A stretch of DNA of 64,000 nt from Rhizomicrobium sp. (GTDB lineage: Bacteria > Pseudomonadota > Alphaproteobacteria > Micropepsales > Micropepsaceae), in the NCBI GenBank assembly GCA_035543495.1, contig DATKJT010000045.1, positions 11,445-75,444 of the forward strand. Direction: 5' to 3'. Below, in pieces: positions 1 to 9,948 of this stretch. Under the pieces are notes generated by a model. It did no database searches. It was not told the DNA's origin and was given only the letters and a program-made list of their open reading frames with translations. The position numbers were made by a program, and so were the translations under genes. Position 1 is the first letter of the stretch, and each line of letters opens with the position of its first letter.

Positions 1-399
1 CGGCCGGAAGTGCCAGCTCGCCGGTCGTTCTGCGCTTGATGGATAAACCAGCGTCCCCGTCTCCGCCACGCCGAAGGCGGCGATAGAAACGGCCGTGTCA
101 TCCGGTCCGGGTGCCTCGCTCGAGACGGTAACGCCACGCCAAGCAAGCGCCCCCAATTCGGAGCTTTCCGGCGAATGCACCGCCGCCGCCAAATTCCGCT
201 CGCGCAACAATCGCGCCACCTGCTCCGGCACCTCGGTCAAATCATTCAAGACGTCCACTGTCGCATTCGCCGCATTCGCGTAAGCCACAAATTGTTCGAC
301 GGCCTCGCCATTCACGCGCCGCATATAGGCTGCCGGGCGGGGCAGAACCGCACCTTTCCGCGCCCGTATCGTATTCAGAATATCGTCCCGCGCAGTCAT
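1..399 (-). CDS. lutC: LutC/YkgG (LUD domain) lactate utilization protein, runs off window edge
   Basis: Hand translation from ATG at 399 (ATGA overlap with the lutB stop): MTARDDILNTIRARK...AFGVAETGTLVY; GxAETGT is a LUD motif; follows lutAB. Confidence 0.85.
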   Translation of the reverse strand, partial: MTARDDILNTIRARKGAVLPRPAAYMRRVNGEAVEQFVAYANAANATVDVLNDLTEVPEQVARLLRERNLAAAVHSPESSELGALAWRGVTVSSEAPGPDDTAVSIAAFGVAETGTLVYPSSAERPASWHFRP

Positions 400-1799
400 C
401 GTGCCCGCCACAAATCCTGAAACGTCTTGCCCAGCGGCGCCGGAAAATCGCGCACCGCGAACCAACCTCGCATCATCGGAAGCGAATGAACCGCGCCTTC
501 GGACCAGCCCAAAACCTTCAGCACACTGGCAAGCACTCGTACCCCTATCCGGTAAAGCCACGGCCTCTTCGCCGCGAATGCCCAAAGCGAAAGACCAAAA
601 CGTGTTGCCTTCGGCACAATCCGAGATTCAAATTCCTTCGCGCGCCAGTACCGCATGATCGACGGCAGCGGAATTTTTACCGGACAAACCTCCGCGCATC
701 GCCCGCAAAATGTCGACGCATTGGGATGGTGATGCGCTTCCGCAATCCCCAGCAGTCCCGGATTTAGTGCGGCACCGATCGGTCCCGGATAGGTCGCGCC
801 ATAGGCGTGCCCACCGATCGCATTGTAGATCGGACAATGGTTGAGACACGCCGCACATCGTATGCACCGCAACACTTCGGATGTCTCGCCGCCGAGAAGC
901 GATGTCCGCCCATTGTCCAGCAACACGACATGGAAATTCCTCGGCCCCCCGCGCTCGTCGCCCGGCCCGCTCATCACGCTGACGTAGCTGGAAATCTCCT
1001 GCCCCGTGGCGGATCGCGTCAGAAGTCGCAACAGAACGGAGACATCGTTCATGTCGGCGACAACTTTCTCCAGCCCCGTCACCACAATATGCGTCCGCGG
1101 CAACAACCGCGTCAGGTCTCCATTCCCCTCATTGGTGACGATGACGGCCGCCCCTTCTTCCGCCGCCAGAAAATTCGCGCCCGTGATCCCCGCATCCGCC
1201 GCTTCGAATTGCTTGCGCAGCATCACGCGCGCTTCCGCCACCAGCGCGCTGCGTTCGTTCAACGGGCGCGACGCCGGAAGCTCCGTATGCGCTTCCCGAA
1301 ACGTCTCTGCCACATCTTCCTTGTTGAGATGAAAAGCGGGCGCGATGATGTGGCTCGGCGGTTCGTGGCGAAGCTGGATGATGTATTCCCCCAGATCCGT
1401 TTCAATCGGGCGGATGCCGTTCCGTTCGAGAAACGGATTGAGTTCGATTTCTTCGGTGACCATGGATTTTCCCTTGGTCACGGTCTTCGCACCCGCTTCT
1501 CGCAGAATGTTCACAACAATCCCTCGCGCCTCGGCAGCGTCGCGCGCCCAGTGCACATGCCCGCCCCGCGCCGTCACGTTGCGCTCGAATGTCTCCAGCA
1601 AGACATCGAGATTGGAAAGTGCCGCATCTCGAATAGCAGCGCCGGCCTCGCGCAAGGCTTCGAAATCGCCGTAATGCGCAATCGCTTCCGCCCGCTTGTG
1701 CACGAAATGCGTTTTCAACCGCCCAAGCGCGGTCCTGAGCCGTGCATCGTCCAGCGCTTCATGCGCTGCTTGCGGAAACGCAGTCGGATCGAGTTTCAT
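396..1799 (-). CDS. lutB: LutB/LldF L-lactate oxidation Fe-S protein
   Basis: GKSM..EE, ETDLGEYIIQL, TNEGNG, CIRCAACLNHCP and STFCGRCAEVCPVKIPL 4Fe-4S motifs; start moved to MKLDPTAF (ATGA overlap with lutA stop). Confidence 0.93.
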   Translation of the reverse strand: MKLDPTAFPQAAHEALDDARLRTALGRLKTHFVHKRAEAIAHYGDFEALREAGAAIRDAALSNLDVLLETFERNVTARGGHVHWARDAAEARGIVVNILREAGAKTVTKGKSMVTEEIELNPFLERNGIRPIETDLGEYIIQLRHEPPSHIIAPAFHLNKEDVAETFREAHTELPASRPLNERSALVAEARVMLRKQFEAADAGITGANFLAAEEGAAVIVTNEGNGDLTRLLPRTHIVVTGLEKVVADMNDVSVLLRLLTRSATGQEISSYVSVMSGPGDERGGPRNFHVVLLDNGRTSLLGGETSEVLRCIRCAACLNHCPIYNAIGGHAYGATYPGPIGAALNPGLLGIAEAHHHPNASTFCGRCAEVCPVKIPLPSIMRYWRAKEFESRIVPKATRFGLSLWAFAAKRPWLYRIGVRVLASVLKVLGWSEGAVHSLPMMRGWFAVRDFPAPLGKTFQDLWRAR

Positions 1800-2524
1800 T
1801 CTTTCTGATCCGCCAGAATTTCCGCCGCGTGCCGCACCTCCAGCGCCATCCCTCTGCGCCGCGCACGCCCCGCAAGATGCAAAAGACACCCCAGATCGCC
1901 GCCCAACAGCATCGAAGCCCCGGTCGCTGCCGCATCCGTCAGCTTGTCATCGGCCATCCGTTCGGAAATCTCCGGGTATTTCACCGAAAACAATCCGCCG
2001 AACCCGCAGCAGATTTCCGGATCGGCGAGTTCGCGCTTCTCAAGCCCCGCAACGGAAGAAAGCAGGGCGCGCGGCTCTTCCCGCACGCCCATCTCGCGCA
2101 AGCTCGAACAGGAATCGTGATAGCAAAAACTTCTCGCGCAGGACGCCGGAACGGCCTTCACCCCGCACACCCGCACGAGGAACGACATCAATTCATAGCT
2201 TCGTTCCGCCAGCGCCACCGCGCGCGCCGCATACCGCGTATCGCCTTCCAGCACCTTGGGATAGTGCCGCCGCAACATTCCCGCGCACGATCCCGAAGGT
2301 GCTATGACATAGTCAAACCCTTCAAATGCATCGATCACGTTACGCGCGATCGCCGCCGCATCGGCATTGTCGCCCGCATTCCACGCCGGTTGCCCGCAGC
2401 AGGTCTGCGCTCGCGGCACGTCAACCTCGCAGCCCGCCTGTTCCAGCAGTTTCACTGCCGCAAACCCAACCTGCGGCCGCACCAGGTCGACAAGACAGGT
2501 GACGAAGAGCCCAACCTTCGGCAT
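1796..2524 (-). CDS. lutA: LutA (Fe-S)-binding protein, CCG domains
   Basis: MPKVGLFVTCLVD, QTCCGQP, SGSC, YHDSCS, CCGFGG; start at 2524 abuts the upstream stop. Confidence 0.93.
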   Translation of the reverse strand: MPKVGLFVTCLVDLVRPQVGFAAVKLLEQAGCEVDVPRAQTCCGQPAWNAGDNADAAAIARNVIDAFEGFDYVIAPSGSCAGMLRRHYPKVLEGDTRYAARAVALAERSYELMSFLVRVCGVKAVPASCARSFCYHDSCSSLREMGVREEPRALLSSVAGLEKRELADPEICCGFGGLFSVKYPEISERMADDKLTDAAATGASMLLGGDLGCLLHLAGRARRRGMALEVRHAAEILADQKE

Positions 2525-3357
2525 CAATGAATCTCGCGTTCCAAAGCGTAGGTGCGCTCGCGCAAGCCCAGCATGAATGCCTGCCGGTCCGCCGCCGGCG
2601 GCAGCGCCTCGAACCCGATTACCTCGCCCACACGCACCCGCACCTCGGTCCCGATCCGGTCGTGGATTTCCTTGAACAGCAGCGAAAGCCGCAACGTCAT
2701 GCTGATGTGACTCGCAATCTGGAACAGCCGCGAATTCTGGCCGGCAAAGAACACTGGTGCCACAGGCGCCCGCGTCTGCGCAATCAGCCGCCCGGTGAAC
2801 GTCTTCCATTCCGCATCGATGGCACGCCGGTCCCAAAGCGATGGCGTGGTCGAAACCCCGCCCGCCGGAAACACCACCAGACATCCTCCGCGCGAAAGAT
2901 GCAGCTTCGCCTCCGCCCGTGTCCGCAAATTCGTCTCAAGTGCTGCCTGCGTATCCGCAAAATCGACCGGCAACAGGAATGAGCGGATTTCCTCCGCCCG
3001 GTACAGAACCGAATTGGTCAGCACCCGGAAGTCGTCACGCACCTTTGCCACCAGATGACAGATGATGATCCCATCCAGCACCCCGAACGGATGGTTCGCC
3101 ACCACCACCAACGGCCCCGTCTTCGGCCACCGCCCCAACGCGTCGTCATTCACGGTGATCTTCAGTTCCAACCGCCGGATAGCCGCATCGAAAAACGTCT
3201 CGCCCGTCACCGGCCGTGCACGATTGTCCTCATAGATGTGCTTGAGATAGGGCTGCCCCGTCATCCGCTCGATGGCGCGGATCAAGGCCCGTTTCAGCCA
3301 CGGATCGCTCGGCGCCGCATAGGAAAACGTATCGACAGTATCCGCAGCGGCGCCCAT
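2524..3357 (-). CDS. Lysophospholipid acyltransferase family protein (PlsC/OlsA-like)
   Basis: VVANHPFGVLDG (HX4D) and VFPAGGVS motifs. Confidence 0.85.
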   Translation of the reverse strand: MGAAADTVDTFSYAAPSDPWLKRALIRAIERMTGQPYLKHIYEDNRARPVTGETFFDAAIRRLELKITVNDDALGRWPKTGPLVVVANHPFGVLDGIIICHLVAKVRDDFRVLTNSVLYRAEEIRSFLLPVDFADTQAALETNLRTRAEAKLHLSRGGCLVVFPAGGVSTTPSLWDRRAIDAEWKTFTGRLIAQTRAPVAPVFFAGQNSRLFQIASHISMTLRLSLLFKEIHDRIGTEVRVRVGEVIGFEALPPAADRQAFMLGLRERTYALEREIH

Positions 3358-3360
3358 CGC

Positions 3361-3819
3361 CTAAGCAGGATCTTCGATCAGAAACCCGCCCCGCCGCATC
3401 CCGAACCGAAGCGCCACATAAAGCAGCAGCCCCACTGGCCCCGCGAGCAATGTCAGCACCAGGCAGGGCACGACCGCCAGATGCGGAATACCGCGCCGCT
3501 GCGCATCGCGCACTTCCCACGACCCGACAAACAGATCGAACACGAGATAGTGAATCCATCCCGCCGTCGCCGCGACTGGCGAAGTGAAGAACGTCATCAC
3601 GCCGTGCAGCGAACTGAAATTTCCGCCCGCGGGCAGTGCGCCGCCGAAAAACACCGTTGCTATCAACCAGGTGTAGGTCAGTCCGATCACCACCGGAATG
3701 GCGACCGATTGCACCAGAAGCTCGGTCACCCGCCAGCGCGGCGCAACGATCAGCAGCAACCAGAAAATCAGAATGCCGTTGTTGGCGATATTGAAAACGG
3801 TCTCGACGTTCATGGTCAC
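3361..3819 (-). CDS. ABA4-like (DUF4281) membrane protein
   Basis: Four hydrophobic segments with GWIHYLVFDLFVGSW and LTLLAGPVGLLLY, typical of ABA4/DUF4281; GTGA overlap with upstream gene (alternative ATG at 3813). Confidence 0.8.
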   Translation of the reverse strand: MTMNVETVFNIANNGILIFWLLLIVAPRWRVTELLVQSVAIPVVIGLTYTWLIATVFFGGALPAGGNFSSLHGVMTFFTSPVAATAGWIHYLVFDLFVGSWEVRDAQRRGIPHLAVVPCLVLTLLAGPVGLLLYVALRFGMRRGGFLIEDPA

Positions 3820-4784
3820 ACCGGAAATCTGCGTTTCAGCCAGCCGATCATCGCATCATTGGTTTCCTGCGGGTGCTCCTGCTGCGTCCAGTGCCCGCAT
3901 TTGCGGATCAGCACTTTCTCCAGGTCCGGCACAAAGCGCTCCATCCCATCCGCCATCTTCGGCGAAAGGATCACGTCGTCTTCCGCCATGATCATCAGCG
4001 ACGGCTGATGCACCTTCTGCGCCCACGGCCCGGAAAGCTTCCAGTTGCGCGAGAAATTGCGGTACCAGTTGATGCCGCCGGTGAAACCCGTTCGTTGGAA
4101 CGTCTGCACGAAGTAATCCATTTCCTCTGGATTCAACAAAAGCTCGCCCGGCCACAGCGTTTCGTCCATCTCCAGCGCTTTCACCAGCGCGAAACGCTTC
4201 AATTCTTCCGGCATCTGCGCAAAGACGTCCGCCGTGATGCCGTTTTTGCGCATGAAAAAGCGGAACACGCGGCCCACATCCTTGGCCAGCGCCGCGTCGG
4301 CTTCGCCCGGCTTCTGAAAATAGACGATGTACATGTCCTCGCCATACAGCGCCTTCATGCCCATGATCGGATCGATCGGCGGCCGCGAAAGAAACGGCGT
4401 GTTGATCCCGATCACGCCCGCCACGCGATCCGGGTGCACCAGCGGCAATTGCCAAACCACCAGCCCGCCCCAGTCGTGCCCGACGAACACAGCCTTTTCC
4501 AAGCCGAGCGCATCCAGCATTCCGGTCAGATCGCCCGTTAGATGCAAAATGTCGTAATCCTCGATCTTCTCCGGCCGCGACGAACGCCCATATCCGCGCT
4601 GGTCCGGCGCAATCGCGCGATAACCTGCCGCCGCGAATGCCGGAAGCTGATGCCGCCACGAATAGGCAAGTTCCGGAAACCCGTGACACAGAACAACGGG
4701 AAATCCGTCCTTTGGTCCCGCCTCGTAAACGGCCATATCGATGCCGTTCGTTTTCACCATCGTGGGTTCGGGAAAGGCAACCAT
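3816..4784 (-). CDS. Epoxide hydrolase (alpha/beta hydrolase, EphA-like)
   Basis: HGFPE, GHDWG nucleophile elbow, GGINWYRN Tyr, CGHWTQQE catalytic His; GGAGG upstream of ATG 4784. Confidence 0.88.
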   Translation of the reverse strand: MVAFPEPTMVKTNGIDMAVYEAGPKDGFPVVLCHGFPELAYSWRHQLPAFAAAGYRAIAPDQRGYGRSSRPEKIEDYDILHLTGDLTGMLDALGLEKAVFVGHDWGGLVVWQLPLVHPDRVAGVIGINTPFLSRPPIDPIMGMKALYGEDMYIVYFQKPGEADAALAKDVGRVFRFFMRKNGITADVFAQMPEELKRFALVKALEMDETLWPGELLLNPEEMDYFVQTFQRTGFTGGINWYRNFSRNWKLSGPWAQKVHQPSLMIMAEDDVILSPKMADGMERFVPDLEKVLIRKCGHWTQQEHPQETNDAMIGWLKRRFPV

Positions 4785-4803
4785 AAAATTTCCTCCAAAT
4801 GTC

Positions 4804-6279
4804 TTATGCGGCAATTCCAAGTTTCGTCAGCATTTCGGCGCGCGAAGGCCCCAGCTTGGGCGGATAATACCCGTGCGCCGCTTTCTGCGCTTTCGACATC
4901 CGCCAGAATTTCAGGATGGTGGCCAGTATCTCGGGCCGCTTCAGCCAGTGCGATGGATCGTCCAGCATGTGAAACCCGCGTGAAAACGCGCGCAGCACGG
5001 TCAGGTCGCCACGCAACGCCGGCACCAATCCTTCTTCGATAAAGCTCTTCGCCATCCGCGCCCGCAGGCCAGGCTTGTAATTGGCGTCGCGCTCATGCCG
5101 CGCACGGCGTATCGCGACGCCGTCCTGCCGCGCCATCGCATCGTAAAACGGCCGCAACGTCTCGCGCGTGCGCCGCTCGAAAATCTTCGCCCGCGCGCGT
5201 GTATCGCCTTCCGCATCCAGCACCTCGCGCAACACATGCGCGTGCACGACACCCGCCGAACATCCGCGCCCGTAAAGCGGATTGGTCCTGACCGCCGCAT
5301 CGCCCACGGCAAAGAAATTCAGAACCTGCGGCTCGCCGTCCTTAAGGTAATGCCGCCAAACACTCTGCAGATTGCCCATGGAATAGATCGCACTGACAGG
5401 CTCAGCCCTGGTTTTCTCCACCCACCGTTCGGTTCCCGGCAGCGTGGCGCAAATGGCTTCAAACACTTCCGGCCGCATGATCATCGTGCGCAGATCGGAT
5501 TCGATTTCCGGCGTCGCCAGCGTGATGGAGAAATGCCGGTTGTCCGCAGCGAATACGCCGTATTTGATGTACCCCAGATCGGCCGCCAGCGGCGTTGCAT
5601 CCCGCAATGGTTCTTCCGCGCCATCGAGAAGGCGGTAGTGCCGCGTGAAATACAAAATCCCGGTCGGCGCCGTTTCCTCGCGAACCTCAATCCCATCTGC
5701 TCGCAGCCAGTCGGGAAAAGCGGTATTGCGTCCACTGGCATCCACAATGATGTCGCCGCGCAGATCCTGCATCTTGCCGTCGATCTCGGCCTTGATGCCC
5801 TCCGCCACAAGCGCGCTCCCGTCACGGCGCGTGAGAATGCCGTGGATACCTGCATCGGGCACAACGCGAATATTCGCGAATTGCTGCACATGGCGGCGCA
5901 ACACCAGTTCCATGGTGGTGCGACGGCTGAACAGGATGCGCAAATCCTCGTCGCCCGGTTGCGGCTTATATTTCTCGCGCAGATGCGGCGGAATCCCGAA
6001 CTGGAAGTCGAGCGCGCGCACGCCGTTCGCGAACAATTCCTCCAGCAACGCCGGATGCCGGTCGCGCAACAGAACGGTCAGCCGCCCAAGAAATCCGTGA
6101 CTGTGCCGGAGCTGCGTCGCCCCGCGCCGTTCCCACGAGGTGAACGCATCTTCCAGCGAATCCCCCGGCGGTTCGGGATCGCGGTCGAGCAATGTGACCT
6201 CGTGTTCGGTGCCGCCGAAGGCGAGCGCCACGCCGAGCCCTGCAATTCCGGCCCCCGCAACAAGTATATTTTCGGCCAT
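4804..6279 (-). CDS. FAD-dependent oxidoreductase/monooxygenase
   Basis: GAGIAG Rossmann, RRGATQLRHSH, DASGR and GDAAVRTNPLYGRG fingerprints. Confidence 0.82.
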   Translation of the reverse strand: MAENILVAGAGIAGLGVALAFGGTEHEVTLLDRDPEPPGDSLEDAFTSWERRGATQLRHSHGFLGRLTVLLRDRHPALLEELFANGVRALDFQFGIPPHLREKYKPQPGDEDLRILFSRRTTMELVLRRHVQQFANIRVVPDAGIHGILTRRDGSALVAEGIKAEIDGKMQDLRGDIIVDASGRNTAFPDWLRADGIEVREETAPTGILYFTRHYRLLDGAEEPLRDATPLAADLGYIKYGVFAADNRHFSITLATPEIESDLRTMIMRPEVFEAICATLPGTERWVEKTRAEPVSAIYSMGNLQSVWRHYLKDGEPQVLNFFAVGDAAVRTNPLYGRGCSAGVVHAHVLREVLDAEGDTRARAKIFERRTRETLRPFYDAMARQDGVAIRRARHERDANYKPGLRARMAKSFIEEGLVPALRGDLTVLRAFSRGFHMLDDPSHWLKRPEILATILKFWRMSKAQKAAHGYYPPKLGPSRAEMLTKLGIAA

Positions 6280-6645
6280 TTATTGCACCGTCTTCCACGC
6301 CGCATAAGCCAGCGCCGCCCATCCGACGAGAAAGGCAAGCCCGCCGAACGGCGTCACGATGCCAAGCCCCCGCACGCCCGTCAGCGCCAGCAGATAAAGC
6401 GATCCGCAGAACAGCACGATCCCGATCAGGAAAAACCATCCGGCCCAATTGGTCGACCCCGATCCGCGCAAGGCAACCGCCGCAATCCCGATCGCGAGCG
6501 CATGAAACATATGATAGAGCGCCGCCGTTTCGAACACGCTCATCGATTGCGGATCGTGAGACCCGCGCAATCCGTGCGCGCCAAATGCGCCCGCGGCCAC
6601 CGCGAGAAACCCGTTTACCGCCGCAACAACCAGCCATCCGTTCAT
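6280..6645 (-). CDS. DUF423 (YgdD/TMEM256) membrane protein
   Basis: AAGAFGAHGL, FETAALYHMFHA, LFCGSLY, TPFGG; start at MNGWLV (ATGA overlap). Confidence 0.9.
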   Translation of the reverse strand: MNGWLVVAAVNGFLAVAAGAFGAHGLRGSHDPQSMSVFETAALYHMFHALAIGIAAVALRGSGSTNWAGWFFLIGIVLFCGSLYLLALTGVRGLGIVTPFGGLAFLVGWAALAYAAWKTVQ

Positions 6646-7892
6646 GCGCAGCCACAGCCTCCGTGTACGTGATTGTGTTCCTTGATTTTCGCCACTGCGT
6701 TGCGCGAAAGCTCGGCCGTCGCCTCGAAATCCGATTTCGCCGTTTTCATCAGTTGCGGATCGCACATCAGGTCGATGGCCGTGAATGCCAGCGATTTCGC
6801 CCCGTCGATCACCGCCTGATCGCCCTGTTCCGAAGCCGCCCAGCGCGCGAATTCCGGATTGTGGATGATGACATTGGGCGGCGCCACCGCCAGCATCGGG
6901 TGGATCGACGGCACGCGATGGCTCACATTGCCCATGTCGGTCGAACCCGCGAACCCCGGCGGAATGTGCTCGACCGGAAAGAAATCGCGCCCCAGGGCTT
7001 GCGCGTTCTTTTTATAAGCCTCAGCCATCGGCCAGTTGGTCTTCAGGTCGAGATAATCGGTGATCCCCCACTGGATTTCCGCCTTGCAGCCAGTCGCAAG
7101 CGCTCCCGCCTCGAAACATGCGTGAACGCGTGCTTTCAATGGCGCCAGCTCATGCGCGTCCGCCGCGCGCACATAGAACCGGCAAGCTGCGCGCTCCGGC
7201 ACGATGTTCGCGGCCAGACCACCTTCGGTGATGATGCCGTGGATGCGTTCGGTGGGTTTGATGTGCTGGCGCAACTGCGCGATCGTTTGATACGCCGTCA
7301 CCACCGCATCCAGCGCGTTGAGCCCGCGATAGGGCATGGCGGAGGCATGTGCCGACCGCCCGTGATAAACGACTTCCACTTCCGAAATCGCGATGCACGG
7401 CATGGTGACCATGTTGAGATTGGAGGGATGCATCATCATCGCCGCATCCACTTTCTCGAACGCGCCTTCGCGCGCCATCATCTCCTTGCCGCCGAACCGT
7501 TCCTCCGCCGGTGTCCCCATATAGCGAACGCGTCCCGGCAACCGCCCGTTGAGCTTGGACAGCGCAATGGCCGCCCCATAACCGGAGGTCGCAATAATAT
7601 TGTGCCCGCAGGCATGGCCGATGCCGGGCAGGGCGTCATATTCCGAAAGGATCGCGATGTTGGGGCCGGACGCCTTGCCGAACTCCGCCGCAAACGCCGT
7701 CTTCAGCCCAAAGGCTTCCCGTTGCACCTCGATGCCATGCCCCGCCACCGCATCGCCCAGCCGTTTGGCCGCTTTGAACTCCTCCAGCGCCAGTTCGGGC
7801 TCGCCGTGAATCGCATGCGAAAGGGCGAGGAATTCCTCCCGCATGGCGTCGATGGCAGCCCCCACATCCTTCTTCAGGCTTTCGGCATCCAT
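6642..7892 (-). CDS. M20 family amidohydrolase (PM20D2/ACY1L2-like)
   Basis: EYDALPGIGHACGHN, GTPAEE, HASAMP, GSTDMGNVS. Confidence 0.9.
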   Translation of the reverse strand: MDAESLKKDVGAAIDAMREEFLALSHAIHGEPELALEEFKAAKRLGDAVAGHGIEVQREAFGLKTAFAAEFGKASGPNIAILSEYDALPGIGHACGHNIIATSGYGAAIALSKLNGRLPGRVRYMGTPAEERFGGKEMMAREGAFEKVDAAMMMHPSNLNMVTMPCIAISEVEVVYHGRSAHASAMPYRGLNALDAVVTAYQTIAQLRQHIKPTERIHGIITEGGLAANIVPERAACRFYVRAADAHELAPLKARVHACFEAGALATGCKAEIQWGITDYLDLKTNWPMAEAYKKNAQALGRDFFPVEHIPPGFAGSTDMGNVSHRVPSIHPMLAVAPPNVIIHNPEFARWAASEQGDQAVIDGAKSLAFTAIDLMCDPQLMKTAKSDFEATAELSRNAVAKIKEHNHVHGGCGCA

Positions 7893-7957
7893 GGCGGGAT
7901 TCCAAGGGTTTCCGGCCCATCATAGACAGTCCGTTCTGCCTTTGCGAAGGTCGCCCC

Positions 7958-8746
7958 ATGCCCGATTTCGCCACTGCCGCAGACGGTGTCCGCCTCGCCT
8001 ACGATGTCGTGGGGCAGGGGCCTCCGGTCCTCCTGATTCATGGCTTCGCCTCCAGCCGAACCCAGAACTGGAAAGACGCCGGCTGGTACCAAACCCTCTC
8101 CGGCGCAGGCTATCAGGTCGTCGCGATGGACTGCCGCGGCCACGGCGAAAGCGACAAGCCGCACGAGATGGAATTCTACGGCCACGACAAGATGGCCGAA
8201 GATGCCCGCACAGTGATGACCGCCACCGGCATCGCGCCCACCTTCCTGATGGGCTACTCGATGGGTGGCTTCATCTCGCTGCACCTTCTCCTCGAACACC
8301 CTGATGAATTGCGAAAGCTGGCCATTGGCGGCGTAGGTGCCACCTATCTGAATACCTCTCCCCAACCCGGCAACCGCATGGCCGATCCGCAAACGCGCAA
8401 TCGCATCGCCGATGCCTTGATAGAACCCGACAAATCGAAGATCGCCGACCCCACCGCGCGAATCTTCCGCGATTTCGCCGATCAATCCGGCAAGGATCGC
8501 CTGGCGCTCGCTGCCTGCATGCGCGCCATGCGCCGCAACTTCCCGCAAAACGAATTGCGCCAATCGCAGCGTCCCGTTTTGGTTGTTTGCGGCGAAAACG
8601 ACGTGCTCACAGGCCCGCCCGGCCCACTGGCCTCTGCCTTCGCCGATGGCCGCGCCGTCACCGTGCCGCGCCGCGACCACATGACGACCGTTGGCGACAA
8701 GGTCTATAAGGCCGCCGTATTGGAATTCTTTGGACAAAGCCCATGA
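7958..8746 (+). CDS. Alpha/beta hydrolase
   Basis: [18 protein letters not shown] nucleophile, RDHM His. Confidence 0.85.
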   Translation: MPDFATAADGVRLAYDVVGQGPPVLLIHGFASSRTQNWKDAGWYQTLSGAGYQVVAMDCRGHGESDKPHEMEFYGHDKMAEDARTVMTATGIAPTFLMGYSMGGFISLHLLLEHPDELRKLAIGGVGATYLNTSPQPGNRMADPQTRNRIADALIEPDKSKIADPTARIFRDFADQSGKDRLALAACMRAMRRNFPQNELRQSQRPVLVVCGENDVLTGPPGPLASAFADGRAVTVPRRDHMTTVGDKVYKAAVLEFFGQSP

Positions 8747-9948
8747 ACGCTCATTCGAAAATATCGCCGGAAAAAGAAGCGCCCTACGATTGGGCCGATC
8801 CGCTGCTGCTCGACGAGGAACTGACTTCGGAAGAACGCATGGTCCGCGATTCCGCACGCGATTATTGCACCGACAAGCTGCTCACCCGCGTGCGCGAAGG
8901 CTTCCGCCACGAAACCTTCGACCGCAAGATCGTGAACGAGATGGGCGAGATCGGTTTCCTCGGCATCACGCTGCCCGAAGAATATGGCGGCGCGAACATG
9001 AACTATGTGTCATATGGCCTCGTCGCGCGCGAAGTCGAACGCGTGGATTCCGGCTATCGCTCCGCCATGAGCGTGCAGAACTCGCTCGTGATGTATCCGA
9101 TCTTCGCCTACGGCACCGAAGAACAGCGCAAGAAATATCTCCCCAAACTCGCAAGCGGCGAATTCGTCGGCTGCTTCGGCCTCACTGAACCCGATTTCGG
9201 CTCCGATCCCGGCGGCATGAAAACGCGCGCCGTGAAAGAGCAGGGCGGTTACCGCCTCAACGGCGCGAAAATGTGGATCACCAATTCGCCCATCGCAGAC
9301 GTTGCGGTGGTGTGGGCGAAAACGGAAGACGGCGTTATCCGCGGGTTCATCGTCGAACGCGGCACCAAAGGTTTCTCCACACCGAAGATCGAAGGCAAAT
9401 TCTCGCTGCGCGCCTCGATCACCGGCGAAATCGTGCTGGAAGACTGCATCATCCCCGAAGCCAATCTCCTGCCGAACGTGAAGGGATTGTCCGGCCCCTT
9501 CGGCTGTCTCAACCGCGCGCGTTATGGCATCGCCTGGGGCGCGATGGGTGCTGCCGAATTCTGCTGGCACGCCGCGCGCCAATACACGATGGACCGCAAA
9601 CAATTCGGCCGTCCGCTCGCCGCCAATCAATTAATCCAGAAAAAACTCGCCGACATGCAAACCGAAATCACCCTCGGCCTGTTAGGCGCGCTGCGTCTGG
9701 GCCGCATGATGGACGATCACAAGGCTGCTCCGCCCGCGATCTCGCTCATGAAGCGCAACAATTGCGGCAAGGCGCTCGCCATTGCGCGTGAAGCCCGCGA
9801 CATGCACGGCGGCAATGGCGTGTCGGACGAATATGGTGTCATCCGCCACGTTCTCAATCTCGAAGCGGTGAACACTTACGAGGGCACGCACGATGTTCAC
9901 GCCCTCATCATGGGTCGCGCGATCACGGGCATTCAGGCGTTCAGCTAA
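8743..9948 (+). CDS. gcdH: Glutaryl-CoA dehydrogenase
   Basis: [44 protein letters not shown]. Confidence 0.9.
   Translation: MNAHSKISPEKEAPYDWADPLLLDEELTSEERMVRDSARDYCTDKLLTRVREGFRHETFDRKIVNEMGEIGFLGITLPEEYGGANMNYVSYGLVAREVERVDSGYRSAMSVQNSLVMYPIFAYGTEEQRKKYLPKLASGEFVGCFGLTEPDFGSDPGGMKTRAVKEQGGYRLNGAKMWITNSPIADVAVVWAKTEDGVIRGFIVERGTKGFSTPKIEGKFSLRASITGEIVLEDCIIPEANLLPNVKGLSGPFGCLNRARYGIAWGAMGAAEFCWHAARQYTMDRKQFGRPLAANQLIQKKLADMQTEITLGLLGALRLGRMMDDHKAAPPAISLMKRNNCGKALAIAREARDMHGGNGVSDEYGVIRHVLNLEAVNTYEGTHDVHALIMGRAITGIQAFS

Noticed and set aside
807-1808. Long + strand ORFs opposite real genes (e.g. 807-1808, 5095-6672, 19866-21128, 24905-26338, 50249-51502)
   Set aside because: Antisense shadows expected in GC-rich DNA; Arg/His-rich translations with no motifs, opposite well-supported genes
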